DNA from: Bdellovibrionota bacterium
GTDB lineage: Bacteria > Bdellovibrionota_C > UBA2361 > OMII01
Direction of reading: 5' to 3'
Assembly (NCBI GenBank): GCA_044345405.1
Contig: JBIJBE010000040.1
Location: forward strand, 1 to 31,546
Length of the DNA: 31,546 nt
Part shown: positions 1 through 9,878 of the stretch, piece after piece
Numbering within the stretch: position 1 is the stretch's first letter
Layout: each line of letters opens with the position of its first letter
Position numbers and translations under genes: made by a program
The notes under the pieces: model-generated
The model's input: the letters and a program-made list of their open reading frames with translations, nothing else
Told to the model about the DNA's origin: nothing
Database searches by the model: none

Positions 1-1099
1 TCAGGAGGGTTATTAACGTGGTCGCTAAGACGGTGACGATCGGAATCTGCCACGGCATATAAAAAGCGAGCTCGGAGTTTTTGGAGATAATGCTTGTGAG
101 CGAGGCTATCCCCATACCGATTCCACTTCCGATCGCTCCGACGAGAAAGGTTTGAAGAACGATCATCGCGAAGAGGACGTTATTCTTGGCGCCCATCGCC
201 TTAAGGATGCCGAGATAGCGCAAGTTGTCCGTTATGAAGCTATAGAAGGTCTGTCCAACGATAGCGACCCCGACAAGAAATCCCAGACCAACCGCGATTC
301 CGAAGTTAATCGGAATCCCGGTGTTCTTCATGAAGTAGCGGATGGTAAGTCCTTTCAGCTGAGGGCCGGTATAGGCCGCAAGTCCTGTCTGAGCGTTGAT
401 GCGACGAGCGACCTCTGTGAAATCCTCCCCAGGTTTAACTTTGGCGAGGATGAAGGAGAGGAGCTTTCGTTCGCGAGGCGCAAACCGTGTAGCGCGGGAA
501 TAGGTTGTGTACACTACTGGCTGAGATTGGAAGGTGCGGGTCGTTCGAGCGATACCGACCACTACGGCGCGATTGTCGTTGAGCTCAAGGAGGTCACCGA
601 CCTTGAGCGGGGTCTTTGGGCTCTGTGGGGTTGGCCCAGGTTTCGCGAGCTTTCCATTCGCTCCAGCTTCGTCAACGATGACGGAGTCCGCGAGGCGGAG
701 GTCAGCGACCCTTCCCTCGAGCATCGTGGGGGGGCCTCCCACAAGGGTCGCGTCATCGAGTCCGATTACGTTGCACGTCTGGAACGTTCCGTTCGCTAAG
801 CGAGCGCGGATAGATCCTTTGTAAAGTGGCACAGCCCACTCCACCCCTTGTACACCACGGACCTTAAGAAGCTTGGTGTCCTGCAACGGCTTAATGTCAT
901 CGACGAATTGCACCTTCGGGTCCATGACCCACAGGTCGGGCAGGGGAGTGTCGAAGATAAAACCGACTGTGCGAGACATCAGTCCCACAAAGATCGACGA
1001 TTGTTGCGTGATGATCAGGGAGGTGAGCGCCACGCCAAATATCATGGCGAAGAACTTTCCCTTGTTTCCGACCAACATTTTGAGCGCGATGAGGTACAC
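1..1099 (-). CDS. ABC transporter permease, FtsX/MacB (DevC-like) family; 3' end runs off the window
   Basis: Not in the ORF track because it has no stop in the window. Manual translation from GTG at 1099 gives MYLIALKMLVGNKGKFFAMIFGVALTSLIITQQSSIFVGLMSRT, and near the left edge TGIPINFGIAVGLGFLVGVAIVGQTFYSFITDNLRYLGILKAMGA, a typical FtsX C-terminal segment. Confidence 0.88.
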   Translation of the reverse strand, partial: MYLIALKMLVGNKGKFFAMIFGVALTSLIITQQSSIFVGLMSRTVGFIFDTPLPDLWVMDPKVQFVDDIKPLQDTKLLKVRGVQGVEWAVPLYKGSIRARLANGTFQTCNVIGLDDATLVGGPPTMLEGRVADLRLADSVIVDEAGANGKLAKPGPTPQSPKTPLKVGDLLELNDNRAVVVGIARTTRTFQSQPVVYTTYSRATRFAPRERKLLSFILAKVKPGEDFTEVARRINAQTGLAAYTGPQLKGLTIRYFMKNTGIPINFGIAVGLGFLVGVAIVGQTFYSFITDNLRYLGILKAMGAKNNVLFAMIVLQTFLVGAIGSGIGMGIASLTSIISKNSELAFYMPWQIPIVTVLATTLITLL

Positions 1100-1263
1100 G
1101 GGGTGAGTGTACTTGGTAATGAGGGGGAGGGGAACCCGGGGATGGAGTGGAAGGTGAGCGGTATGAGACCCTATCATGTCGGGTGCGTTCACGTTCACGT
1201 CCGAATTACCGGGGCGGATGTTCATCTAAGACGTGAAAGGGCGTCTTTGACCAGGCAAGAGGG

Positions 1264-2277
1264 TTATTCGGGCCGAATCATACCGTGCGCGAGGAGGTCC
1301 TGAATATCGATCAGGCCGACCGGGATGTTGCGGTTATCCACAACCATGAGCTGGTCGATCTTGCGCTCTTGGATGATGCGAGCGGCCTCGGTCGCGAGCT
1401 TGTCGGAAGTTATTGTGATGGGAGTGCGGGAGCAGAGCGTTCCTATAGGTTTTGACAGGAACTCAACGTCATGTTCGAGGCACCGTCGAAGGTTTCCGTC
1501 AGTGAATACACCGACGATAACGCCCGAGTCGTCTACGATACTCGCCGCTCCGGGGCGTCCTTTCGTCTCGGTGATGAGGTGTAATGCCTTCTTGGTCTCC
1601 ACGGACTCGTGAACAACGCAACAGCTTTCTCCAGTGCGCATTATGTCGGAGACGAGCATAAGTGAGCGCCCGAGATCCCCGCCTGGATGGAACGCGGCGA
1701 AGTCTTCCTTGGAGAATCCTCGGCGCTTCACAAGTGTCATCGCGAGCGCGTCACCGAGCGCCATCATCACGGTGGTGCTCGTAGTTGGCGCGAGTCCAAG
1801 GGGGCCGGCCTCTATAAATCTGCCCGTGGCGATAACAACATCGCTATGTCGACCAAGAGTTGACGCTGGTGTGCTTGTGATCGAGATGATGTGACTTCCA
1901 CGTTGTTTGAGTGTGGGAAGGAGACGAATGAGTTCGGATGTCTCGCCTGAGTTTGAAAGAAGAAGCGCGAGATCGTTGGAGGTGAAACGTCCAAGATCTC
2001 CGTGCACCGCTTCAGCTGGATGAAGATAGAAACTTGGGAATCCGATACTTGAGAGGGTCGCGGAGATCTTTTGCGCGACGAATCCCGCCTTCCCCATGCC
2101 TGAGACGACGATGCGAGAGCCCGCTGGGAGGGCGAGGATCGTCTCAAGGGCGGTGGTGAACGAATCGTCGAGGAGATCCGCCACCTGATTGAGGGCAGCG
2201 ATCTCCTCTTTGATTATCGAGCGACCGTACGCGATGTCCGCCGCTGTGTTCGATTTTGTTCGAATAGGATCGCCCAT
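1264..2277 (-). CDS. kdsD: KpsF/GutQ family arabinose-5-phosphate isomerase (SIS + 2 CBS)
   Basis: Motifs SGMGKAG, LHPAEAVHGDLG, SNSGET, LAPTTSTT, HPGG; C-terminal CBS pair (FTDGNLRR). Confidence 0.95.
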   Translation of the reverse strand: MGDPIRTKSNTAADIAYGRSIIKEEIAALNQVADLLDDSFTTALETILALPAGSRIVVSGMGKAGFVAQKISATLSSIGFPSFYLHPAEAVHGDLGRFTSNDLALLLSNSGETSELIRLLPTLKQRGSHIISITSTPASTLGRHSDVVIATGRFIEAGPLGLAPTTSTTVMMALGDALAMTLVKRRGFSKEDFAAFHPGGDLGRSLMLVSDIMRTGESCCVVHESVETKKALHLITETKGRPGAASIVDDSGVIVGVFTDGNLRRCLEHDVEFLSKPIGTLCSRTPITITSDKLATEAARIIQERKIDQLMVVDNRNIPVGLIDIQDLLAHGMIRPE

Positions 2278-2358
2278 AACCCAGATAGTATAGCTGGTCC
2301 CGCCGGCTTAATCCAACCCTTTGAAAACGTGATGGAAAAAGGCGCTTATGGAGCGAGG

Positions 2359-4506
2359 TTACGAGATTGAGCGGTACTTAATTCGCAGCGAGTTCCCCAC
2401 GATTATGAGGTCTGAGAAGGTCATCAGGAGCGCCCCAGCCAACGGCGATATGTAGCCGCTCGCCGCGAGAGGAACCGTCGCAACGTTGTAGACAAGAGCC
2501 CAGAAGAGGTTTTGCTTAATCGTTCGCACCGTGAGACGAGAGAGTCGAATCGCGGACGGAAGCGCCCCGATCGTTCCCCCGGTTAAGAGGACCTGCGCTG
2601 ATTGCATCGCGATGTCTGAGCCCGAGCTTAATGAGACTCCGACCGCGGCCTCGGCGAGCGTTGGCGCGTCGTTGATACCATCACCCACGTACGCCACCGG
2701 TTGCTTATCTTGGAGCGCTCGAAGGAGTCCGAGCTTCTGGTCAGGGAGCTGTTGCGCGTGAATCGTATGTATACCAACGGCGGTCGCTACTTCACGACAT
2801 TTCTCGGCGGTGTCTCCACTAATCAAAGAGGTTCCGCACGCAAGCGCATCGAGTTGTTTAATAACTGATGGTGCCTCAGGACGGAGCTCATCCTGTAGTT
2901 GAAGTGAAGCGATAACCACGCCGTTTCGCGTGAGAATGATGTCGTCAAAAAGTTGAACGCCGATCTGAGTCGCGAGATTTCGCCCTCCGCATTGATAAAG
3001 CGCTCCATTATCTCCTTTGCCGGAGAGTCCAACTCCTTTGGTCTCTACGATATCCGATAGGTGGATAGAGTTCAGCTCGGTGGACTGAAGGTCTCGAACG
3101 ATCGCTTGGGCGATTGGGTGAGAAGAGGCGCGCTGGAGAGAGACGAGAACGGATCGAGCGGAGCGTTGATCCTCATCGTTATGAGTTCGGAACTTCTTAA
3201 CGCTCAACGTGCCCTTGGTAAGTGTCCCGGTTTTATCAAACGCTACGTGGGATATCTGACCAAGTCGCTCCAGGGTATCTCCTCCTCGGATAAGGATACC
3301 GGAGCGAGCCGCGCGACCGATCGCGACCATAATAGCGCTTGGTGTCGCGAGTCCCATCGCGCATGGGCAGGCAACCACAACTATCGCGAGCGAGCGAACA
3401 ATCGCTTGCGCCATTGTCACATCAAATACGAGTGTGCTGAGGACGAAGGTAAGGACCGCTATCGCGAGCACCGATGGAACGAAGACCGCGCTAACCGCGT
3501 CGCCGATGCGCTGAATGGAGGGTTTTCGTTGCTGCGCGTCGCGTACGAGGCGGATGATCCCCGCGAGTGTGGTGTCATCTCCGACCGCGGATGTTTGAAC
3601 AACCACTGAACCCTCGACGAGCACGGTGCCGCCGATTACCTTATCACCTTGCCTGTGATCAACGGGAAGCGACTCTCCGGTGAGCATCGATTCATCGAAG
3701 CTTCCTGTGCCGCGAACGATAACGCCATCGGTTGGGCTTCTATCGCCGGTGTTAATTTGTATCAGGTCTCCAACTTTGAGCTCCTCAAGAGGGATGGTTT
3801 CGAGGAGGTCTAAACCGGACTCCTGTGAGCGTAGCCGTCGTACCTCTTGAGGTTGGAGTTGGGAGAGCTCCTCAATAGCTGAGGTCGTTTTTTTCACCGC
3901 GAGCTCCTCAAGGAGGTGGCCGATAAGAACGAATGTTACGATGGATCCAACCGCCTCAAAGAAGAGGAGGTCGTGAGAGAGCCCGAACGTAACGGTAAGC
4001 ATGCTCGCGATGTACGCGGCGAGAATTCCCGCCGTGATGAGCACGTCCATGTTCGCGACTCCAGCCTTGAGCGACCGAAGCCCGCTACTTCCGAAGTGAA
4101 GAATTCCGATGATGAACACGGGGGTCGCGAGGATCGCTTGAAGGATGGGGTCGTGAAGGGCGTGAATAGAGAAGAACATCCCAGCGAGCATCGGCAGGGT
4201 GAGCACCGCGCTGATAATGGTCATTATGTAGAGGAGGGTATCTCGCCCGTGGTGCGCGTGGTCGTGAGCGTTCTCCTCAACGGAGTAGCCGAGCTTTTGT
4301 ATGCTTTTGATAATATCAGGGAGCTTCGTGGGGTCTTGGAGCGAGAAGCTCGTGCGGCCGCTCGCGAAGTCGACGGTTGGTTTTTCGACCCCGACTCGAG
4401 TGAGGTGCTTCTCAATAGAGAGCGCGCAGTTGGTACAGTGAAGTCCCGATACGTGAAGGGTAACCTCTTGAGCGGGGCGTCGTGGATCGAAATGGCCGTC
4501 AGTCAT
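2359..4506 (-). CDS. copA: Heavy-metal (Cu-type) P1B ATPase
   Basis: N-terminal GLHCTNC metal-binding domain, His-rich linker, TGES, CPCAMGLATP, DKTGT, HP, GDGIND and YN in the late TM helix. Start moved to ATG 4506 (alternative 4515) because the track start at 4668 overlaps the thermonuclease gene. Confidence 0.92.
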   Translation of the reverse strand: MTDGHFDPRRPAQEVTLHVSGLHCTNCALSIEKHLTRVGVEKPTVDFASGRTSFSLQDPTKLPDIIKSIQKLGYSVEENAHDHAHHGRDTLLYIMTIISAVLTLPMLAGMFFSIHALHDPILQAILATPVFIIGILHFGSSGLRSLKAGVANMDVLITAGILAAYIASMLTVTFGLSHDLLFFEAVGSIVTFVLIGHLLEELAVKKTTSAIEELSQLQPQEVRRLRSQESGLDLLETIPLEELKVGDLIQINTGDRSPTDGVIVRGTGSFDESMLTGESLPVDHRQGDKVIGGTVLVEGSVVVQTSAVGDDTTLAGIIRLVRDAQQRKPSIQRIGDAVSAVFVPSVLAIAVLTFVLSTLVFDVTMAQAIVRSLAIVVVACPCAMGLATPSAIMVAIGRAARSGILIRGGDTLERLGQISHVAFDKTGTLTKGTLSVKKFRTHNDEDQRSARSVLVSLQRASSHPIAQAIVRDLQSTELNSIHLSDIVETKGVGLSGKGDNGALYQCGGRNLATQIGVQLFDDIILTRNGVVIASLQLQDELRPEAPSVIKQLDALACGTSLISGDTAEKCREVATAVGIHTIHAQQLPDQKLGLLRALQDKQPVAYVGDGINDAPTLAEAAVGVSLSSGSDIAMQSAQVLLTGGTIGALPSAIRLSRLTVRTIKQNLFWALVYNVATVPLAASGYISPLAGALLMTFSDLIIVGNSLRIKYRSIS

Positions 4507-4588
4507 GCCCGACATAGTAGCACAAAAGGGGTGCTTGCAACCACTCGGGCATCGTTGCGAGGGGTCGCGGTGAGGGGGCCGGAGAGGG

Positions 4589-5128
4589 TTAGTTCTGGAA
4601 GCCTCCGGAGGCCCATAGCCCCCGTTTCTCTCTTTGGCTCTTGGCGAGGGCCTTCTTAAAACGGTCAACGTACTTAACGTTTGGGGGTATGGTGAGGAGC
4701 TGAGCGTATCCCTTTGCCACCATCTCCTCGTTCACCATGGCGTTATCTGGAGTGTACACGTACCCCAAGAGTCGACCGTACTTGTCCCGCTTCTGAACAT
4801 CGTACTCTATTCGAACCTCCGTTCCCTTGGGGAGGAGTCCTTTGAGGGTATCCTTCGCGCGACGCCCGAACTCCATAATCGTTTTGATGTCGCGGTTGCT
4901 TCGCTCGGCCTGCAGCGCGGCGCGCTCGTTTTTTCGTGACTCCGGTGTGTCGATGCCGATCAATCGAACCTTCTCCAGCCCGCGATCAATGCGAACCGCG
5001 ATCGTATCGCCGTCCACCACGTACGCGACGAGGGGCTTCTTCGTGGGAAGGAGGGGGATGAATTCAGCGGACGCTGACGACACAGTTGCACAGACAGTGA
5101 CGAGGAGGGCGGTGAAGATTCGAATCAT
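4589..5128 (-). CDS. Thermonuclease (SNase-like) family secreted nuclease
   Basis: Signal peptide; VVDGDT, RLIGIDTPE, DKYGRLLGY and KRGLW motifs. Confidence 0.93.
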   Translation of the reverse strand: MIRIFTALLVTVCATVSSASAEFIPLLPTKKPLVAYVVDGDTIAVRIDRGLEKVRLIGIDTPESRKNERAALQAERSNRDIKTIMEFGRRAKDTLKGLLPKGTEVRIEYDVQKRDKYGRLLGYVYTPDNAMVNEEMVAKGYAQLLTIPPNVKYVDRFKKALAKSQREKRGLWASGGFQN

Positions 5129-5251
5129 AGCTCATGGAGCGTAGCACTGTACCTGAATTTGGCGAAGGGGGTGTTCCATGGGATGGATTCGGGTTTCCTT
5201 TCCGTTACGGGGGCGCCTCAGACACGCAACTGTGGTATACCTCCAGATATT

Positions 5252-6103
5252 ATGGGTGTGATCGCAACTTTACTATCGGCGTGTACCTTGACCGCCAAAG
5301 ATCTTGTGAGCAAGGCGGTCGCCAGCAAGGTGCATCCCGATATCTCAACCTTCGCGTCGTTTCTCTTCGCGTTGCCCTTTTACGGTTTGATATTCGTGGC
5401 GCTCCTCCTCTTCGGAGGGGAGTGGATTGTGCTCTCTCAAACCTTTCTCCTTCTCGTGTTGATGCGCGGCATCTCCGACGTGTTTGCCGAAGGGTGCAAA
5501 ATGCGAGCGTTCGACAAGGGAGACGTCTCCCTGGTGAGCGGGTTGCTCTCGCTCTCGCCTCTTATCCTTACCGTGATCTCTCCCTTCATCACAGGAGATC
5601 CGGTGAGTGCCTCTGAGGCGGTAGGTATGGCTCTTATCGTTTTGGGTGGTCTCGTTATTGTTCGTCGTGATAGGACGACCGGAAAGGTGGTTCAGCCGGT
5701 GGCGATCGTGTATGCCTTAGTTGGCTCAGTAGCGTTCGCGCTCAACAGCGCGTTGGATAAGCTCGCTGTTGGCCACGCTGGACCGGTCACTTCAGCTTTT
5801 TCCGTTACGCTGTGCGCGGCGCTCCTGACGCTGCCGGCGTTGTTCCGAGTTCCGGCGGCGAAGGGTCAGTTGGGAGGAAACGCGCGGGCTTTTCTTCTGA
5901 GAGGATTCTTCGAGACGGTTTTCATGGTCGCGAAGATGGTGGCTCTCACAACTCTCCCGGCTCACATAGTTGTTGGGATCATGCGGATCTCGATGATCCT
6001 GACGGTTGTGGTGGGTGGTGCATGGTTCCATGAGAAGGATAGGGGGCGTCGGGTAGTGGGAACCCTGCTTATGTACGTGGGCCTGATATTCTTGCTTTGG
6101 TAG
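5252..6103 (+). CDS. EamA/DMT family transporter
   Basis: About 10 hydrophobic helices in two repeats (DVSLVSGLLSLSP; ALDKLAV). ATG at 5252 preferred over the TTG at 5159. Confidence 0.85.
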   Translation: MGVIATLLSACTLTAKDLVSKAVASKVHPDISTFASFLFALPFYGLIFVALLLFGGEWIVLSQTFLLLVLMRGISDVFAEGCKMRAFDKGDVSLVSGLLSLSPLILTVISPFITGDPVSASEAVGMALIVLGGLVIVRRDRTTGKVVQPVAIVYALVGSVAFALNSALDKLAVGHAGPVTSAFSVTLCAALLTLPALFRVPAAKGQLGGNARAFLLRGFFETVFMVAKMVALTTLPAHIVVGIMRISMILTVVVGGAWFHEKDRGRRVVGTLLMYVGLIFLLW

Positions 6104-6122
6104 AGAACCGCAGAGGGACCCG

Positions 6123-6171
6123 TTGACGATGACGCGGACGTATGACGTTGAACGTGAATCGTCATCGTCAA
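6123..6171. repeat. Hexamer-based (GATGAC) palindrome between convergent genes; possible bidirectional terminator
   Basis: Perfect 12-bp inverted repeat TTGACGATGACG (6123-6134) / CGTCATCGTCAA (6160-6171). Confidence 0.75.
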
Positions 6172-6184
6172 AGCCAGGTAAAGG

Positions 6185-9034
6185 CTACTTTACCCCAATC
6201 GCTGAAAGCGAATCTCGGTGCGTTTGGTTCCACGGCACCGCAGTGAAGCTCTCCTGCCCGAGTGCCACGCGTTGCAGCATCGCGAGATACGCCGGGACAC
6301 GGTCAGACCACGTATGCCGCGCGCTGCGAGCGTTCGCCACTAACATCGCATACACCGTTGGATCCTCACTTGAGGCGAGTGCCCAGTGTGCGGTATTCGC
6401 GAAGGCGGTTGGGGTATAATCATTGAAGAGGAAGCCGTTGCCGGTTCGATCATCTTGATTGTAGTTCTCAATCGTCGCCGAGATACCGCCGATATTTCGG
6501 CCAATAACGAGCGTTCCGGCCGCGAGGGCCTCAAGTTGCGTAATTCCTCCCGGCTCAAATCGTGATGGCATGAGGAAGAAGGCGCTTCCAAAGATTATCT
6601 CAAGTGCCTTGGCATGAGGAATGTAGTCAAAGTGCGTCGCCACGCGGCCTGGGTACTTCCAGGCGAGGTAATTGAGGGTGTTTCTCAGATCTATCGACGC
6701 TCTATCCCCTTCGGTCGTTGGTCCAGCGACGAGGAGTTGCATCGTCTCATGTCGGAGTAAGAGCTCCTCCAGCGCGGAGCAACCGCCGCCGACATAGCCC
6801 GAGAGAAGGGATAATCCCTTTTGCTCCGCGAGTCGTCCTACAAAACTTACGAGTTGAGCGTCCTGGCGGATGTTCAATCCGAATCGGCGCTGCAGCGATT
6901 CGCGGGTAGCCGCTTTCGCCGTGATAAGCGCTTCGGTGGAAGTGAGCTCTGCCTCAGAAACGCCACTTAGTGATGAGAGGTAACGGTCGATATCGGCCCG
7001 GCTTACCGCGTTGCTGATTCCAAATACCTTGTCGCGCTTGTGTCGAAGCACGTAGTCGATTCCATCTCCGCCACCTGGTTGGCTCATCTGATGGGCGTAC
7101 GGCTGACTGACTGTGAGAATTGCCCCAGAAACATGTTGAGAGGCGGCCATGGTGAGGTTAAGTAACTCGTAGTTGTGCGGGTCTCTGAACCCGAAGAAAT
7201 GCTCAGGCGCGAGATTTAAGAGGGGCCAGAGATCCTCATGATTCGCGTGAGTGGGGAGTCGTCCATGATAATCCGCTCCACCGTTGTGGATCATGTGGAT
7301 GGTCTTCGCCTCTTTGAGCCATGGAACCTGTTGATAACGAGGATCGAGCGCGGCGAACGCGGGAACGCAGGCCGTCATCCAGTCGTTGGAGATGATTGCT
7401 GAGGGTCGAATGCCGAAGTGGGAGGTGATGATCGTCTCAAGGGTCGCGCGTGAGAAGATGATCGCGCGTCGTAGCTGTTCATCGGCGTACACAGGCTGAT
7501 AGAGGCGATCGAACACCGAGCGGTTTGAGAGTAAGAATACTCGAAGACTTCCGGATTGCGCGAGGAACACCTTTACCGGTACGGCGGATGGCGCGCGGCG
7601 GTGAAAGGTTGTCCCAGTGTGATAGGTGGGGCCAAGATTGACGGTTACTGATCCGAGGTAGGTAGGAATCACCTTCTCCGCGCCAAGTTGAATACCTTGG
7701 CTTAGGATGTGTTGCGCTGAAGCGTGTTTGTTTCCGTTCTCATACGCATAGAGTGGTGTGATAACGGTGACGGGAATTCCCGCTTTTTGCAGCTCGCGAG
7801 GAAGGCCAGAGATTACTTGGGCTAAACCGCCAGCGGCGGCGTGTGGGCCCTCTGGGGTTGTGAAGACAGTCTCGCCGACGCCGTATATGGAGAGAAGAGA
7901 TATCACCTCCGCGCTCGCTGGATCGGCGGTAAGTGTATCGTGGAGACGCTCAAGGCACACCTCCTCACCGAGAGAATCGACCGCTTCCTTCATGAGCGCG
8001 CCGAGTCCCAGGTGAGGGGCGTACGATCGGATCGTTTGAATCTGTTCAGGGAGTGTGTGTGGATACTGAACGCTCAAGGTCAACATGCTCAGCGCAATCT
8101 CGCGCATCTCGTTCAACATTCGTTCGCGTTCTTGTGTAATCTCGACGTCATCGTGAGAGATGGTGAAGCGAGCGTCATCAGCGCGGAGGGCGCCGAGCCA
8201 TACCGACTCTTGCGTTCCTCGGGGACGCGCGAAGATGGTAGCGCCGTAGTGGCCTTGTTGGGGCACCGAGATCTGGTGCGCTAACGGGATGGTTGTCGCT
8301 GTGGCGCACTCGGAGGTGCCGATGAGTTCATCTTGCCATGCGGGAGCCACGACATCGTAACTTCCCCAATGGAGGTAGAGGTCAACGGTTGTGTCGGGAA
8401 GCGCCGGGAGTGTCACCGCGCACGACAAATCTACGGTATTGTCATGAACGTTTATCCGAAGAGGGGATTGAAGTCGGGCTTCGCGGCGAAGAAGTTCTAG
8501 GGCTGGGCCCGACCGCTCTCCGGACTCCTCAGGGATTATGAGGGTGGGAGACTCGTCGATATCCAGTAGGATAGTTGGGGCGATGGTCCCAAGGATCTCG
8601 ACACTTCGGACGATCTTGGTCGCCGAGGAGGCGGTCGTTGGGGGCTGAAACTCAAGGTCCTTCCGGTACACGGCAAGGCTCTCGCGGTTGAGGTGAGGGG
8701 TGGCGTTGATAATATCCTGGATAAGGGCCACGAGGTCGGCCGCCTCTTGTTCTTTGAGGGACGTGGCGATCAGGCCGGTTATGTTGTGGTGGGTCCGGCT
8801 GCCCGGCTTAACGGCCATAGTGGTGGGGAGTCGGTGCTTCCCGAGGGCGCTTACCGAGTAGCTTCCAGAGGTAAGGTTGAGCTCGAGGGAGGCCTTTACT
8901 GGGCGTGTAAGGGTGCGAATAGCATAGGGCTCTACCCCCTCATCTCGAAGGCTTGCGACCATCGATTGGTAGGCCGCGCCGTTGATGGCTATTTCGAACC
9001 GAACAACCTCGGTTCCCGTTCCTTGGGTACTCAT
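6185..9034 (-). CDS. glgA: Glycogen/starch synthase (GT5) with about 380-aa N-terminal extension
   Basis: GGLAQVISGLP, NDWMTA, IHN, GRLAEQKG, MPSRFEPGGITQLEAL, GGISATI and GNGFLF motifs. At 949 aa it is about twice the length of a typical bacterial GlgA. Confidence 0.85.
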   Translation of the reverse strand: MSTQGTGTEVVRFEIAINGAAYQSMVASLRDEGVEPYAIRTLTRPVKASLELNLTSGSYSVSALGKHRLPTTMAVKPGSRTHHNITGLIATSLKEQEAADLVALIQDIINATPHLNRESLAVYRKDLEFQPPTTASSATKIVRSVEILGTIAPTILLDIDESPTLIIPEESGERSGPALELLRREARLQSPLRINVHDNTVDLSCAVTLPALPDTTVDLYLHWGSYDVVAPAWQDELIGTSECATATTIPLAHQISVPQQGHYGATIFARPRGTQESVWLGALRADDARFTISHDDVEITQERERMLNEMREIALSMLTLSVQYPHTLPEQIQTIRSYAPHLGLGALMKEAVDSLGEEVCLERLHDTLTADPASAEVISLLSIYGVGETVFTTPEGPHAAAGGLAQVISGLPRELQKAGIPVTVITPLYAYENGNKHASAQHILSQGIQLGAEKVIPTYLGSVTVNLGPTYHTGTTFHRRAPSAVPVKVFLAQSGSLRVFLLSNRSVFDRLYQPVYADEQLRRAIIFSRATLETIITSHFGIRPSAIISNDWMTACVPAFAALDPRYQQVPWLKEAKTIHMIHNGGADYHGRLPTHANHEDLWPLLNLAPEHFFGFRDPHNYELLNLTMAASQHVSGAILTVSQPYAHQMSQPGGGDGIDYVLRHKRDKVFGISNAVSRADIDRYLSSLSGVSEAELTSTEALITAKAATRESLQRRFGLNIRQDAQLVSFVGRLAEQKGLSLLSGYVGGGCSALEELLLRHETMQLLVAGPTTEGDRASIDLRNTLNYLAWKYPGRVATHFDYIPHAKALEIIFGSAFFLMPSRFEPGGITQLEALAAGTLVIGRNIGGISATIENYNQDDRTGNGFLFNDYTPTAFANTAHWALASSEDPTVYAMLVANARSARHTWSDRVPAYLAMLQRVALGQESFTAVPWNQTHRDSLSAIGVK

Positions 9035-9136
9035 AACACATCCCTGTGATGGGATGATGATGCGACCGGCTAAAACGGTGCTTGGATAAAGATTCAGATA
9101 AAGATTGTGCAGAGTTGGTACAAAATGGGCACACGG

Positions 9137-9841
9137 CTATCGGTTTAGCCCAGTCGCCGCAAAGCCCCTTCGAGCCTCGGCCACAAAGCGGGCTACGAGG
9201 TGCGCACATTTGGCACCTGTGCTGTCCTCGACCCCCGTATGAGCGTCCACCGCGGCTGGTCGGATCTCACAGATAGCGTCATATACGTTAGCGGGAGTGA
9301 GCCCACCGGCCACTATAAGAGGCTTTCGAACGAGCCGCGCTATTCGGGCGCTCACCCTCCAATCGTGAGGACGCCCGGTCGCTCCCGTGGCCCCTGAGGT
9401 GGGATCGTAGGTGTCGGTAATGAAGGCGTCGACCCACGGTTCAAGTTCTTTTGCCAGAGTGTAGATCGGATGGTCCGGTTCGACACACTCGGGACGAACG
9501 ATTAAGCTCTTGATGATTGAGAGTGTGGGGTCGAGCTCTTTGAGCCTTTGAAGCTCCCCTGGTGACACGTCAGCGTGAAGTTGCACCGTGGAAACACCGA
9601 TCTCTTTGGTGAACGTGAGGATCTCCCGCGCATCGGTCACATAGGTGATGAGAACGGCTCTTCTTGGCTCTTTCATGTGAGCAATAATCGTTCTCGCGTC
9701 ACGCTCCGTTATGTCAGGTGAGTGATAACCGAGGCGCAAGGGAAAGCCGATTAGGTCAACTCCGAGCTCCTCGAGCATAGTCGCCTCCCCGACCGAGCGA
9801 ACTCCAGCGATTTGGATAGTCGCGTTAAACGCCGATGACAT
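9137..9841 (-). CDS. trpF: Phosphoribosylanthranilate isomerase (TrpF)-like TIM barrel
   Basis: VQLH, ITDT, GATGATG, HDW, AGGLTPANV and VDAHTGVE motifs. The N-terminal KICG motif reads QIAG (see findings). Confidence 0.78.
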   Translation of the reverse strand: MSSAFNATIQIAGVRSVGEATMLEELGVDLIGFPLRLGYHSPDITERDARTIIAHMKEPRRAVLITYVTDAREILTFTKEIGVSTVQLHADVSPGELQRLKELDPTLSIIKSLIVRPECVEPDHPIYTLAKELEPWVDAFITDTYDPTSGATGATGRPHDWRVSARIARLVRKPLIVAGGLTPANVYDAICEIRPAAVDAHTGVEDSTGAKCAHLVARFVAEARRGFAATGLNR

Positions 9842-9878
9842 AGAGGTGACCCTTACGCTCTTCGAGGATGCTTACCAA

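Noticed and set aside
152-1303. Plus-strand ORFs 152-799, 534-824 and 848-1303
   Set aside because: Antisense shadows of the minus-strand ABC permease. The same applies to most other short antisense ORFs in the track.
4516-4668. N-terminal extension of CopA in the ORF track
   Set aside because: It overlaps the thermonuclease 3' end and is low-complexity; downstream ATGs fit the domain start.
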